64,000 nucleotides of DNA from positions 1 through 64,000 of the IMG/VR virus record IMGVR_UViG_3300046528_000200. The stretch is one strand, 5' to 3'. Below are positions 34,222-43,722 of the stretch, piece after piece (position 1 is the stretch's first letter; the number at the start of each line of letters is the position of its first letter). The translations under genes were made by a program, and so were the position numbers. The notes under the pieces are model-generated. The model made no database searches. It was not told where the DNA came from and saw nothing but the letters and a program-made list of their open reading frames with translations. The DNA comes from a virus. Taxonomy: Duplodnaviria > Caudoviricetes.

Positions 34222-34523
34222 CGTGGGGGCCGCAGCTCAAGTTCCTGCTTGAGCAGCAGGCGGATGGCAGGAGCCCCAAAGCACTTGCCACCCGCCCGGT
34301 ACTGGATGTGCGGCAGTACCACTACTACACGGCCTACCAGGCTGTGTCCCGCAGCCGCAACGTGAGCATGGCAGGGCCGCTACCGATCCCGATCTCCGAA
34401 ATATTGGCATACTTCATCATGTTCGAAATCACAAACCTGTCAGAACGTGAGCGCATCCTCAAATTCGTGAATCAGCTCGACAGCATCTATCTTGAGCACG
34501 TTGCAGCGCAGAAACCAAAGTAA
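34188..34523 (+). CDS. gpGT-like extension made by programmed -1 frameshift at A-AAA-AAC (34188-34194)
   Basis: In-frame slippery heptamer; -1 frame stays open to 34523 (KLADYLRWDLTWG...SRSRNVSMAGPLPIPISEILAY). Confidence 0.85.
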   Translation, partial: KKLADYLRWDLTWGPQLKFLLEQQADGRSPKALATRPVLDVRQYHYYTAYQAVSRSRNVSMAGPLPIPISEILAYFIMFEITNLSERERILKFVNQLDSIYLEHVAAQKPK

Positions 34524-34536
34524 TTCCTCTAGGAAC

Positions 34537-34587
34537 TTGCTTCGCGGAAGCCCTCGTTAGATAATGACAATCTAACGGGGGCTTTCC
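34537..34587 (+). promoter_or_regulatory. Promoter nested in an RBS-covering hairpin upstream of TMP
   Basis: TTGCTT-N17-GATAAT; inverted repeat AAGCCCTCGTTAGAT-N7-ATCTAACGGGGGCTT ending just before ATG 34590. Confidence 0.6.
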
Positions 34588-34589
34588 AT

Positions 34590-37500
34590 ATGAGTGAACC
34601 AATTGACGTTCCATTAACCGGCAGTGGCGGCGAGAGTATCGATCGCCTCACGTCGGCTGTCGATCGCTTAATCGGAGCGATGGAGCGCCTTGGGGATAAC
34701 TCGGCGCTAGACAAGCTTGCCCAGCAGATCGAGGTGATGCAGGCCACCATGGTGACCGGCTTCGCCAATCTCGCCGCCACGGCCGAGAAGACGCTGCAAG
34801 GACTTGCCGCCCGGCAGGTGAAGGCGATCGAAGAAGGTTCGACCGAGGTCACCGCGGCGCTGGACGCCGCCGGCATGAAGGCACAAATGGCGCGCGAGCG
34901 CCAGATGGACCGCCAACTCAGCACCGACAGCGCCTTCAACCAGGCGCGCCAGGGTATGCTCGAAGGCGCGCGCGATCGCGAGATCGCACTGGAATCCCTG
35001 TTTGACCGCGCGCGCGAAGAGATCGCCCAGAAGGGCCTAGCCGCACGCATCCTCGACTACGATCGAGAAGAGCAGATCGCGGTCCAGTGGGCCGCAGCGC
35101 TGGAGAAATCTCGCGAGCGTGTGCTCGCGGGCGAGGCCCTGTTCGAGCGCGTGCGCGAAGAAACCGCCCAGAGAGGGCTGGCCGCTCGGATCCTCGACTA
35201 CGACCGTGAAGAGCAGATCGCCGCCCAGTGGGTCGCGTCCCTCGAAAAGACTCGCGAACGAGAGCTCGCCGGCGAAGCTGCGTTCAACCGGGCGCAGGCA
35301 GAAATGCTGGCCAAGCGCGAAGCAGAAGCGGCAGCCGCCGCCGAGCGCAACCGCGCCCTGAATACCGGCTTCCTGACCGCCAGCCCGGCGTCCCAGGTGC
35401 GCACGGCTTCGCAGGCGCAGATCTACAGTCAGCTGGGTGGCGATGCTTCCGCGCGCTACGGCAGCGAGGCCTCGGCAGCCGGCGCGCTGGCTGCCGCGCA
35501 GGCCCGACTGGCAACCACGTCGCGCGAGGCAGGTGCCGCCCAGCTCGAGCTCGATGGCGCGCTGCGTCAGGTCGAGGGTGCTTTCCGCGGCGCCGCGCAC
35601 CAGGCTGGCATCTACGGCTTCCACCACGGCCAGCTGATCGCGCTGCTCGCTGGTGGCGCGGTCGCGGCCGGCCTGCATCACATCGCCGAAACTGGTGCCG
35701 AGGTGGAGTTCCAGCTGGCTTCACTCAACGCCCTGTCGGGTGAGGGTACGCCAGTCGACATGAACAAGTTCATCGGCATCACCGCCGGCTCGATGACGAG
35801 CCTGAAGGATGCCGCCGAGGGCGTGCACGCGCTGGCACAGGCCGGCCAGGACCAGGGTGCCGCCTTCGCGGCCCTGCCGGACGTGATGCGACTTGCCTCG
35901 CTGGGCGAGATGAGCGTGGCCCAGGCGTCCGAGATGGCCGTGGAGTCGATGCATGCCTTCGGCAAGGAGATCACGGACCTCGGTAACATCGGCGACATCC
36001 TGGTGGCGGTTGGCGCCAAGTCGAACCTGTCGGTGCACAAGCTGGCTGAGGACATGAAGAGCGCGGCCGTGACCGGCGCGCTGTTCAACCTCAACATGGA
36101 AGAGATCACGGCGACGGTCGGCGCGCTGGCCGAGCGTGGCCTGACCATCCAGCCGCTGTCGTCGGCCCTGAACAAGCTGTACGAGCCGTCGGCGAAAACC
36201 GCCAAGGTGATGAAGGACTGGCATCTCGAGGTCAAGGACGGCGAGGGCAACCTGAAGAGCTACACCAAGTTCATGGGCGAGCTCGCGGCCAAGGTCGGCG
36301 AGTTCCGGGTGCCGGCCGACGCCCTGAAGCAGCTGGGCATGTCGCCGCAATCCATCAAGGCGATGGAGGTGATGACTCAACACCTTGGCGACTACAAGCA
36401 TCTGCTGGAAGAGGCTGAGAACGCCCACGGCAAGATGTTCGACGCCATGCTGGTGAAAGAGGACACGGTCGAGGGCGCCTGGAAGCGTCTGGGCAGCACG
36501 GTCGAAGGTTCGCTCGTCAAGGCCTTTGAGAGCGCCAGCCCAGCCATCCGCGAGGTGGAGGCGAGCCTGATGCACATGGCCGGCTCGGAGAGCTTCCAGA
36601 ATGCACTGGCGAATATCGCCGGCGGCGTGGCGCGCCTGACACAGACCCTCGTCGAGGGCGTAGGTCCGCTGACCAGCATGCTGGTCGTCTACGCCGGCCT
36701 GCGGATCCTTGCAACGGCTACTACCTGGATCAATGAGTTTGTCATTGCCCAGCGGGCACAGGCAATCGCCACTGCCACCACCACCACGGCCCTGCGCGCT
36801 GAGACTGTCCAGCTGGAGCTGTTCGCCACTGCTGAAAATACGGCAGCCACCGGCGCCACCCGTTTCGCCACCAGCCTCGACATCCTGACTATGTCCGCAG
36901 CCGGCATCAGCCGCGCGTTCGGCTGGATCAGTCTGGTTGTCATCGGAGCCACGGTCGCGATTGACCTGTTGGGCGGCCGGATGGACAAGTTCGATCAGGA
37001 GCAGCTGGCGCAGCAGAACTCCTTCAACAACACCGTGGACGCCGTACAGCGTGAAATCGACCGCCTGAAAGGCCTGGAAGATCAGCTGCGCAAGACCGGC
37101 GAGACCGGCACCAGTGCGGCAGCCCAGGTGGCGATCGGCTTCGCCCAAATGCAGGAAGCCAGCGCCGAGGCGGACCTTGCCGCCGCCAAGAAGGCCCGGC
37201 CGCAGATCACAGCCACCTCCGGCATGATGGTGGTGGGCGGTCTGGCGCCGGTGGTGGATCAGCCCACGGCAGCCCAGCAGGCTGCCGTCGATGCCGCCCA
37301 GATCGCCTACGACAAGGCGCATGCCCAGACCGTCAAGGCGCTGAACCTGTTCGCCGAGCTGGACAGCCGGGAGGAGGACGTCAAGACCTTGATGAACGTC
37401 TCCAGCCTGAAGAAGAAGGTGCACGAGCTGCCAGAGAACGTCACGCCTGTCCTGCAGACGCCGGCGGCGAAAGCGGCGGCCGAAGCGGCCAATGCAGGCC

Positions 37501-40500
37501 TGCACGCCCTGCATGAGCAGGAGATCACCGAAGGCAATGTGGTCGAGCTCACCAAGACTTACGACCAGGTGCAGAAAAACATCGCCGCGACCAAGCGTGA
37601 GATCACCGCCATTAATGGCGGCGACAAGGACACGGCGCACGTGCGCATCGAGCAACTGCAGGAGGAGCTGCGACTTGCCCAGATGCTGAGCAAGTCCCGG
37701 GTCGACGACCTGAAGTCGGAGAACAAACGCGGCGAGCTGGGCGACCTGCAGCTGATCAACAAGGAGCTGGCCGAGAAGCTCTCGCTGGACCAGAAGGCGC
37801 TCGACCTGGCGCGGGCAGAGCTTGCTTCCGCCGGCCCGCTCAAGCCCGGCCAGCAGGAGAAATTCAATAGCCGTATCAAGTCGGCCAAGCTGCAGGTCGA
37901 AATCGACCAGGACGCGGCCGAGCGCCAGAAGCTGGACCTGTTCGACAAGATGAACACGGCTGAGCTGCAGGCGCGCGCGCAGGCGCTGCAAAGCCGCGGC
38001 CAGCTGGAAGACGCCTTCCTGATGACGTGGGAAGCGAAGAATGCAGCCACGCTGGCGAACCTGCGCCGCGACATGGCCGATTCGGACAACCAGGAATACG
38101 TCGACCGCCTGCAGCGCTACGAGCAGTTCCTGCTGCAGCAGAAGGCGTTGGGTCAGAACGACGCACGCTTCAAGGAGGGCAAGGAGGCCTTCGGCGCGGC
38201 GAACGCGACTCTGCGCGAGCGCCTGAGCGACGCCGCGCTGCAGAACGGCCCGGGCAGCGGCCTGTATTCGTCGCTCAACAGCGGCGTGCTGGCGCAGCAG
38301 GCCTACGGCGATATGATCCCGCAGCTGCAGGCGGCCCAGGCGCGCGTGGCGCCGACCTCGTCGATCATGCGCGGCGGCGACGCCAGCAAGATCAAGGAAG
38401 CCCAGAACGAGCTGCGCCAGATCCAGGAGCAGATGGCGGCAATGCGCAACACCACTGTCTCGATGGCGCAGGAGATCGGCAAGGCCCTGACCGAAGCGTT
38501 CGGCAAGGGCGGCACCGCGCTGGGCAGCATGCTGACGGCCACCGCCGCCTACGGCGCGAAGGTGCAGGAGATCCAGGCGACGCTGAAAGATAGCGGTGGC
38601 GGCGAAGAAGCGAAGGCGCAGGCCGCCAACGCCACCGCATCGGCGCAGCTGAAGGCCTACGGCGACATGTCCAGCGCCGCCAAGGGCTTCTTCGACGTCA
38701 ACTCGAACGGCTACAAGATCCTGCACGCCACCGAGCAGACGTTCCGCGCGTTCGAGCTTGCTCAGGCGCTCACCACTACCGCGAAGAAGATTTTCTTCAA
38801 GGAGACCGAGGTCGCTACCTCCACCGCGCTGAACGGCACCAAGGTCGCTGGCGAGGCTGCGACGACCGCCGCGTCCACCACGCTGGCAGGTGTCGAGGCG
38901 AGCGCATGGGGCGTCACCGCGGTGGCCAAGGCCATCGCGTCTCTCCCGTTCCCGTTTAACCTTGCCGCCGGCGCCGCTACCATGGCTGCATTGTTGGCGG
39001 TCGGCGTGAAGCTGACCGGTGGATTCGGTGGCGGCAGCAACGCGGCCGACCGACAGGCCGAGAACGGTACCGGCACCATCGCCGGCGACCCGAAAGCCAA
39101 GAGCGAATCGCTCGCCAAGTCGATGGCGCTGGTCGAGAAGAACACCTACAACGGCTTGACCGTGTCGGTGAGCATGCTGACGACCCTGCAGTCGATCGAC
39201 TCGACCATGGCGAATTTCGCCGGCTTGGTGCTGCAGAACTCGAACATCGCCAATCCGGAGGTGCACCTCAACACCAACAATGGCCTGGCGACCACCGCCG
39301 CGAAGGCTGGCGTGGTGGCCGCTGCTACGGTCCTGCTGGGGCCGATCGGAGGCGTCGTCACCGCACTTGCCATGCAGATCCCAGTGATCGGCAACGTGCT
39401 GGGCAAGATCGGTACCGCTATTTTTGGCGGCAAGCAGACGCTCGACGATAGCGGCTTCATGATGGGTCCGACCACGCTGGGCGCGGTTGCCGCCGCCGGT
39501 GTCAGCGCGAAGACCTACGCCGACGTCACCACCAGCGGTGGCTGGTTCAGCTCGGACAAGCACAACACCCAGTCGACGACGCTCGACGCCGAGGCCAATC
39601 GCGCCATCGCCCAGGTCATCACCGGCATCGGCGACTCGATCAAGACGGCCAGCGCCATTCTGGGCCTGTCGGGCAGCGAGTTCGACGCGAAGCTGAACGG
39701 CTTCGTTATCGACATCGGCAAGATCAGCCTGAAGGGTCTGTCCAGCGCCGACCAGCAGGCTGCCATCCAGTCCGCTTTTTCGAAGCTCTCGGACCAGATG
39801 ACGACGGCCGCCGTGGCCAACATCACCCAGTTCTCGAAAGCGGGCGAGGGCGCGCTCGAGACCCTGACGCGCGTGGCCACCGACTACCAGACCGTCGACG
39901 CGGTGTTCCAGTCGTTCGGGATCGCCTTCGCCGAAGTCGGCGTCTCCTCGATTGGCGCGCGCGAGAAGCTGATCGAGCTCTCCGGAGGCCTGTCCAAGTT
40001 CACCAGCCAGGCAGAATTCTTCTTCAAGAATTTCCTGACCGAGGGCCAGCAGACGGCCGCCACGCGTAATGCGATCGACCCGACCCTGGGCAAGTACGGC
40101 TTGTCGACGGTCGGCCCGGACGCGGTCCAGAAATTCGCCCAGGTGACCCTGGCGTTCGGCGCGATGGGCGAGGCCGGCGCCGCGGCGTACGCCGAGCTGA
40201 TGAACATCGCTCCGGCCTTCAAGACCGTCACCGACGTGGCCAAGGACTTGCAGGACCAGATCGACTCGCTCCTGATGACCCAGGCGCAGAAGGACGCTGC
40301 CGCGCGCGCCGCGCTGGACCCGGCCAACCAGGCCCTGTTCGACCAGCTGCAGCAGGCCAAGGCGGTCTCGCAGGCGCGCTCGAGCATCGCCAACGCGTAC
40401 CAGAGCGAAGCCTCGACGCTGCAGTCCGCGATCGACAAGCTGAAATCCTTCAGCGCCTCGCTGCACAGCTTCGTCAATTCGCTCCAGCTCGGCGGCATGT

Positions 40501-41504
40501 CGACGCTGAACCCGGCCGACAAGTACGGCGCCGCGCTGTCGCAGTTCAACACGACGCTGGCGAAAGCGCAGGCAGGCGACAGCACGGCGCAGGGCAATCT
40601 GCAGTCGGCGGCGCAGGCGTTCCTGCAGGCCTCGCGTGACGCGAACGCGTCGAACAGCACCTACCAGTCGGACTACGACCGTGTCACCGCCGCGGTCAAC
40701 GCCATGGCCGACATGGCCGACGGCCAGGTCAGCGAGGGCCAGCAGAACCTTGCGGCGCTGTACCAGCAGATCTCGCAGCTGACCACGCTCAACGAGAGCG
40801 CCCTGTCGATCGTCGAGGCGGTCAACAACCTTGCGATCGTCAACTCCGGCGGCAAGGATTCGGCCGTCAACACCTCGTCGCTGATGTCGCTCTACCAGGA
40901 GCTGCTGGGCCGCGCGCCGGATGCGGAAGGCTTTGACTTCTGGAGCAAGGCGCTGCAGAACGGCACCTCGTTCTCGTCGATCGTCACCGACTTCAAGAAC
41001 AGCCCGGAGTATCTGGCGCGCATGGGCGCGCAGCAGCCGGTGACGAGCGTGTCACCGAGCACCCAGTACGGCGTGGTGGCGGCCGGCGCCAACCCGACCT
41101 CGCAGCTGACTGGCCTGTACCAGCAGCTGTTGGGTCGCGCGCCGGATGCGGAAGGCTTCGATTTCTGGAGCAAGGCGATGCAGAACGGGGTTTCGCTCTC
41201 GTCGATCGCCACCGACTTCATGAAGAGCCCGGAATACCTGAACCTGCATAGCGTGCCGACGACCAGCGTCACGACTGATCCGTATAGCGGTATCACCGCC
41301 CAGAACGCGCAGATGATCGCGCAGCTGACGGTGCTGAACGGCCAAATGAGCGGTTTGCGCGCCGAGCAGCAGACGCAGGCTGACCAGCAGGTCTATGCCA
41401 CCATGTCGGCCGGCGCCACCACTGGTGACGATGTGGCCGAGGCCATTACCAGCGCGACCATGTCCGCGCGCTGGGACAACTCGAACCAGGTAACGATCCG
41501 ATGA
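34590..41504 (+). CDS. Tape measure protein with C-terminal DUF4214-like repeats
   Basis: 2304 aa, Ala-rich and helical, TP901-type TMP core in the N-terminal third, follows G/GT chaperones. Confidence 0.93.
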   Translation: MSEPIDVPLTGSGGESIDRLTSAVDRLIGAMERLGDNSALDKLAQQIEVMQATMVTGFANLAATAEKTLQGLAARQVKAIEEGSTEVTAALDAAGMKAQMARERQMDRQLSTDSAFNQARQGMLEGARDREIALESLFDRAREEIAQKGLAARILDYDREEQIAVQWAAALEKSRERVLAGEALFERVREETAQRGLAARILDYDREEQIAAQWVASLEKTRERELAGEAAFNRAQAEMLAKREAEAAAAAERNRALNTGFLTASPASQVRTASQAQIYSQLGGDASARYGSEASAAGALAAAQARLATTSREAGAAQLELDGALRQVEGAFRGAAHQAGIYGFHHGQLIALLAGGAVAAGLHHIAETGAEVEFQLASLNALSGEGTPVDMNKFIGITAGSMTSLKDAAEGVHALAQAGQDQGAAFAALPDVMRLASLGEMSVAQASEMAVESMHAFGKEITDLGNIGDILVAVGAKSNLSVHKLAEDMKSAAVTGALFNLNMEEITATVGALAERGLTIQPLSSALNKLYEPSAKTAKVMKDWHLEVKDGEGNLKSYTKFMGELAAKVGEFRVPADALKQLGMSPQSIKAMEVMTQHLGDYKHLLEEAENAHGKMFDAMLVKEDTVEGAWKRLGSTVEGSLVKAFESASPAIREVEASLMHMAGSESFQNALANIAGGVARLTQTLVEGVGPLTSMLVVYAGLRILATATTWINEFVIAQRAQAIATATTTTALRAETVQLELFATAENTAATGATRFATSLDILTMSAAGISRAFGWISLVVIGATVAIDLLGGRMDKFDQEQLAQQNSFNNTVDAVQREIDRLKGLEDQLRKTGETGTSAAAQVAIGFAQMQEASAEADLAAAKKARPQITATSGMMVVGGLAPVVDQPTAAQQAAVDAAQIAYDKAHAQTVKALNLFAELDSREEDVKTLMNVSSLKKKVHELPENVTPVLQTPAAKAAAEAANAGLHALHEQEITEGNVVELTKTYDQVQKNIAATKREITAINGGDKDTAHVRIEQLQEELRLAQMLSKSRVDDLKSENKRGELGDLQLINKELAEKLSLDQKALDLARAELASAGPLKPGQQEKFNSRIKSAKLQVEIDQDAAERQKLDLFDKMNTAELQARAQALQSRGQLEDAFLMTWEAKNAATLANLRRDMADSDNQEYVDRLQRYEQFLLQQKALGQNDARFKEGKEAFGAANATLRERLSDAALQNGPGSGLYSSLNSGVLAQQAYGDMIPQLQAAQARVAPTSSIMRGGDASKIKEAQNELRQIQEQMAAMRNTTVSMAQEIGKALTEAFGKGGTALGSMLTATAAYGAKVQEIQATLKDSGGGEEAKAQAANATASAQLKAYGDMSSAAKGFFDVNSNGYKILHATEQTFRAFELAQALTTTAKKIFFKETEVATSTALNGTKVAGEAATTAASTTLAGVEASAWGVTAVAKAIASLPFPFNLAAGAATMAALLAVGVKLTGGFGGGSNAADRQAENGTGTIAGDPKAKSESLAKSMALVEKNTYNGLTVSVSMLTTLQSIDSTMANFAGLVLQNSNIANPEVHLNTNNGLATTAAKAGVVAAATVLLGPIGGVVTALAMQIPVIGNVLGKIGTAIFGGKQTLDDSGFMMGPTTLGAVAAAGVSAKTYADVTTSGGWFSSDKHNTQSTTLDAEANRAIAQVITGIGDSIKTASAILGLSGSEFDAKLNGFVIDIGKISLKGLSSADQQAAIQSAFSKLSDQMTTAAVANITQFSKAGEGALETLTRVATDYQTVDAVFQSFGIAFAEVGVSSIGAREKLIELSGGLSKFTSQAEFFFKNFLTEGQQTAATRNAIDPTLGKYGLSTVGPDAVQKFAQVTLAFGAMGEAGAAAYAELMNIAPAFKTVTDVAKDLQDQIDSLLMTQAQKDAAARAALDPANQALFDQLQQAKAVSQARSSIANAYQSEASTLQSAIDKLKSFSASLHSFVNSLQLGGMSTLNPADKYGAALSQFNTTLAKAQAGDSTAQGNLQSAAQAFLQASRDANASNSTYQSDYDRVTAAVNAMADMADGQVSEGQQNLAALYQQISQLTTLNESALSIVEAVNNLAIVNSGGKDSAVNTSSLMSLYQELLGRAPDAEGFDFWSKALQNGTSFSSIVTDFKNSPEYLARMGAQQPVTSVSPSTQYGVVAAGANPTSQLTGLYQQLLGRAPDAEGFDFWSKAMQNGVSLSSIATDFMKSPEYLNLHSVPTTSVTTDPYSGITAQNAQMIAQLTVLNGQMSGLRAEQQTQADQQVYATMSAGATTGDDVAEAITSATMSARWDNSNQVTIR
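34971..35300 (+). repeat. 141-bp (47-aa) tandem repeat in TMP, about 2.3 copies
   Basis: GLAARILDYDREEQIA.QW twice; ATCCTCGACTAC at 35049 and 35190. Confidence 0.9.
40890..41240 (+). repeat. Two 126-bp DUF4214-like repeats in TMP
   Basis: 40890-41015 and 41115-41240: LYQ.LLGRAPDAEGFDFWSKA.QNG.S.SSI.TDF..SPEYL. Confidence 0.9.
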
Positions 41505-43000
41505 CAAACGCCCAGTACCTCGCCTGGCTGAACGACCCCTCCGCCATCCGCATGGTGCTGGTGGAGGCGGTCGCCAGCGTGAACGGGGTCGACACCACGT
41601 TCTACCTGTCGACCCTGCCCTACACCAGCGCGGCCGCCGACACGCCGGCGAACCAGCCTTACCGTGCCGCGCTGATCGCTTCCGACCTGCAGACCACGGA
41701 AGGCCTCTCGCTCGACGGCAGCGCCACCATGACGGTGGGCGACATCGGCGTGCAAAATGCCGACGGCGCCTACGACGCGTGGCTCGGCTATGTCTGGACC
41801 AACCGCCCGGTCACCATCCTGTTCGGCGACGTGCGCTGGCCACGCAGCGACTTCCAGGTGATCTTCAACGGCGTGTCCGCCGACATCGGCAACAAATCGC
41901 GCACCTCGGTCAACCTGAAGATCCGCGACAAGCTCGAGCGCCTGAACGCGGCGATCTCCGAACACCTGGTGGGCGGCACCACGTCGAACCAGGGCGCGAT
42001 GGTGCCGCTGGCATTTGGCGAAGTGGTCAACGTCACGCCGCTGCTGATCGACCCAACCACCTTGCAGTATCAGGTGCACGACGGCGCGATCAACGGCCTG
42101 ATCGAGGTGCGCGACAACGGCGTGCCGATCGCCAACGACACGCTCGGCTGGGCCAAGGTCACGGTGGACGCCGCGCACGGCACCTTCCGGCTGGCCAGCA
42201 CGCCGGCCGGCACCCTGACAGTCTCGCTGCAGGGCGACATCGGCGGCGGCAGCTACGCGAGCACGGTGGCCGGCATCGTCAAGCGCATCGCCACCGGCTA
42301 CGGCTACACGGGCAACCAGTTCAGCGCTGGCGAGATCGACGCGACCAACTTCGCGGCGTTCGACACTGCGCACCCGCAGCCGATCGGCATCAGCGTGACT
42401 GGCACCACCAACTCGCTCTCCGTGATCCAGCAGGCGACCGGCGCCCTGCAGGCGCAGCTGGTGGCATCGCGCACCGGCCTGCTGCAACTGCAGCAGATCG
42501 ACTTTAGCAACCTGGTGCCGAGCTTCGACATTAAGCCGGCCCACATGGTCGAGCACAGCATTTACCCTCAGGCGCGGGAACTCGTGCAAGCCTCGGTGGT
42601 ACTGACCTTCTGCCAGAACCAGACCCAGCAGGCGAACCTGACAACCAGCTTGCCGGCCGAGGCGCTCTCGCTCATGGGCAAGGCGAACTTCGAGTCGACC
42701 GCGGTAGACGTTTCCGTCAAGACACTGTATAAGCTGACGACGGAGCCGACGAAGGTCGACACTGTGCTGCTGCGCCGGATCGATGCCGATGCCGAAGCGC
42801 AGCGCAGACTGAACATCTGCAAGGTGCCGCGCACGACCTACCAATTCGACGGCTTCGCCGCGCTGTTCCAGCTGCAGCTGAACCAGGCGGTCCGGCTCTT
42901 CCACCCGCGGTTCAACCTTGCCGCCGGCGCCGCAGGCCTTGTGGTTTCGATGACCACGAACTGGGCACTTGGCCGCACCACTGTTGGAGTCATGGTCTGA
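41501..43000 (+). CDS. Tail hub/baseplate protein
   Basis: Follows TMP; P..FG...NV.P motif. Confidence 0.7.
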   Translation: MTNAQYLAWLNDPSAIRMVLVEAVASVNGVDTTFYLSTLPYTSAAADTPANQPYRAALIASDLQTTEGLSLDGSATMTVGDIGVQNADGAYDAWLGYVWTNRPVTILFGDVRWPRSDFQVIFNGVSADIGNKSRTSVNLKIRDKLERLNAAISEHLVGGTTSNQGAMVPLAFGEVVNVTPLLIDPTTLQYQVHDGAINGLIEVRDNGVPIANDTLGWAKVTVDAAHGTFRLASTPAGTLTVSLQGDIGGGSYASTVAGIVKRIATGYGYTGNQFSAGEIDATNFAAFDTAHPQPIGISVTGTTNSLSVIQQATGALQAQLVASRTGLLQLQQIDFSNLVPSFDIKPAHMVEHSIYPQARELVQASVVLTFCQNQTQQANLTTSLPAEALSLMGKANFESTAVDVSVKTLYKLTTEPTKVDTVLLRRIDADAEAQRRLNICKVPRTTYQFDGFAALFQLQLNQAVRLFHPRFNLAAGAAGLVVSMTTNWALGRTTVGVMV

Positions 43001-43722
43001 TGGTAGCGCCCGTTAACGATTTCGATGTCCGCCTGCAGGCCGAGACGGTGCGCACGCTGGCGCCGCGCGGCGGCCTGATCCTGTCGGCGACGTCCAACGT
43101 GGTCACGGTGGGCGCCGGCGGCGCCGGCTCGCCATCGATCATCACGCTGGTGGCGACGCCGCTCAGCCTCGTCGGCACCGTGGCCTGGACGACGTCGCCG
43201 TCGGTGCCACTGACCATCGACCAGACCGGTCTGATCGCCACGCTGGCCTATGCCGACATGGGCACCAGCAGCGTGGTGGTGACCGCCACGCTGACCGCCA
43301 ACAGCCTGACCTACGCCGACAGCCGCACGATCTCGCAGGTCTCGATCGGCAGCCTCGGCTACACCGGCGCCCTCGACGCCACGCGCAACAACAGCGCGCA
43401 AGGCACGCTTGCGAACCGGCCAACGGGCGCGAACGGCGACTTCTACTTCGCGACCGACACCTTGACCCTGTACCAGAAGGTGAGCGGCTCTTGGGCCAAT
43501 GCGGCCACCGCCGGCGCCACGCTGGGCACCGACGTGCGCGGCTCGATCAGCGACACCAACGTCGGCAGCCTCGTCACGGTCTCGAGCGTCTCGAAGCTGA
43601 CCACCTATCTCGGCACTTTCAAGACCGGCGTCAGCGGCGCGCGCGCCGAGCTCAGCGACGGCGGGCTGAAGGTGGTGTCCAGCGCCGGCGCCACGATCCG
43701 CATCGGGAATTCCTCGCTATGA
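43000..43722 (+). CDS. Tail tip/fibre protein
   Basis: GDFYFATDT..LYQK.SG.W module; gpJ-like C-terminal tail. Confidence 0.6.
   Translation: MVAPVNDFDVRLQAETVRTLAPRGGLILSATSNVVTVGAGGAGSPSIITLVATPLSLVGTVAWTTSPSVPLTIDQTGLIATLAYADMGTSSVVVTATLTANSLTYADSRTISQVSIGSLGYTGALDATRNNSAQGTLANRPTGANGDFYFATDTLTLYQKVSGSWANAATAGATLGTDVRGSISDTNVGSLVTVSSVSKLTTYLGTFKTGVSGARAELSDGGLKVVSSAGATIRIGNSSL

Noticed and set aside
35721-40466. Very long antisense ORFs (e.g. 35721-40466 minus, 59273-62893 plus, 22473-24128 minus)
   Set aside because: These are shadow frames of GC3-biased genes on the opposite strand, with no SD and no domain motifs.
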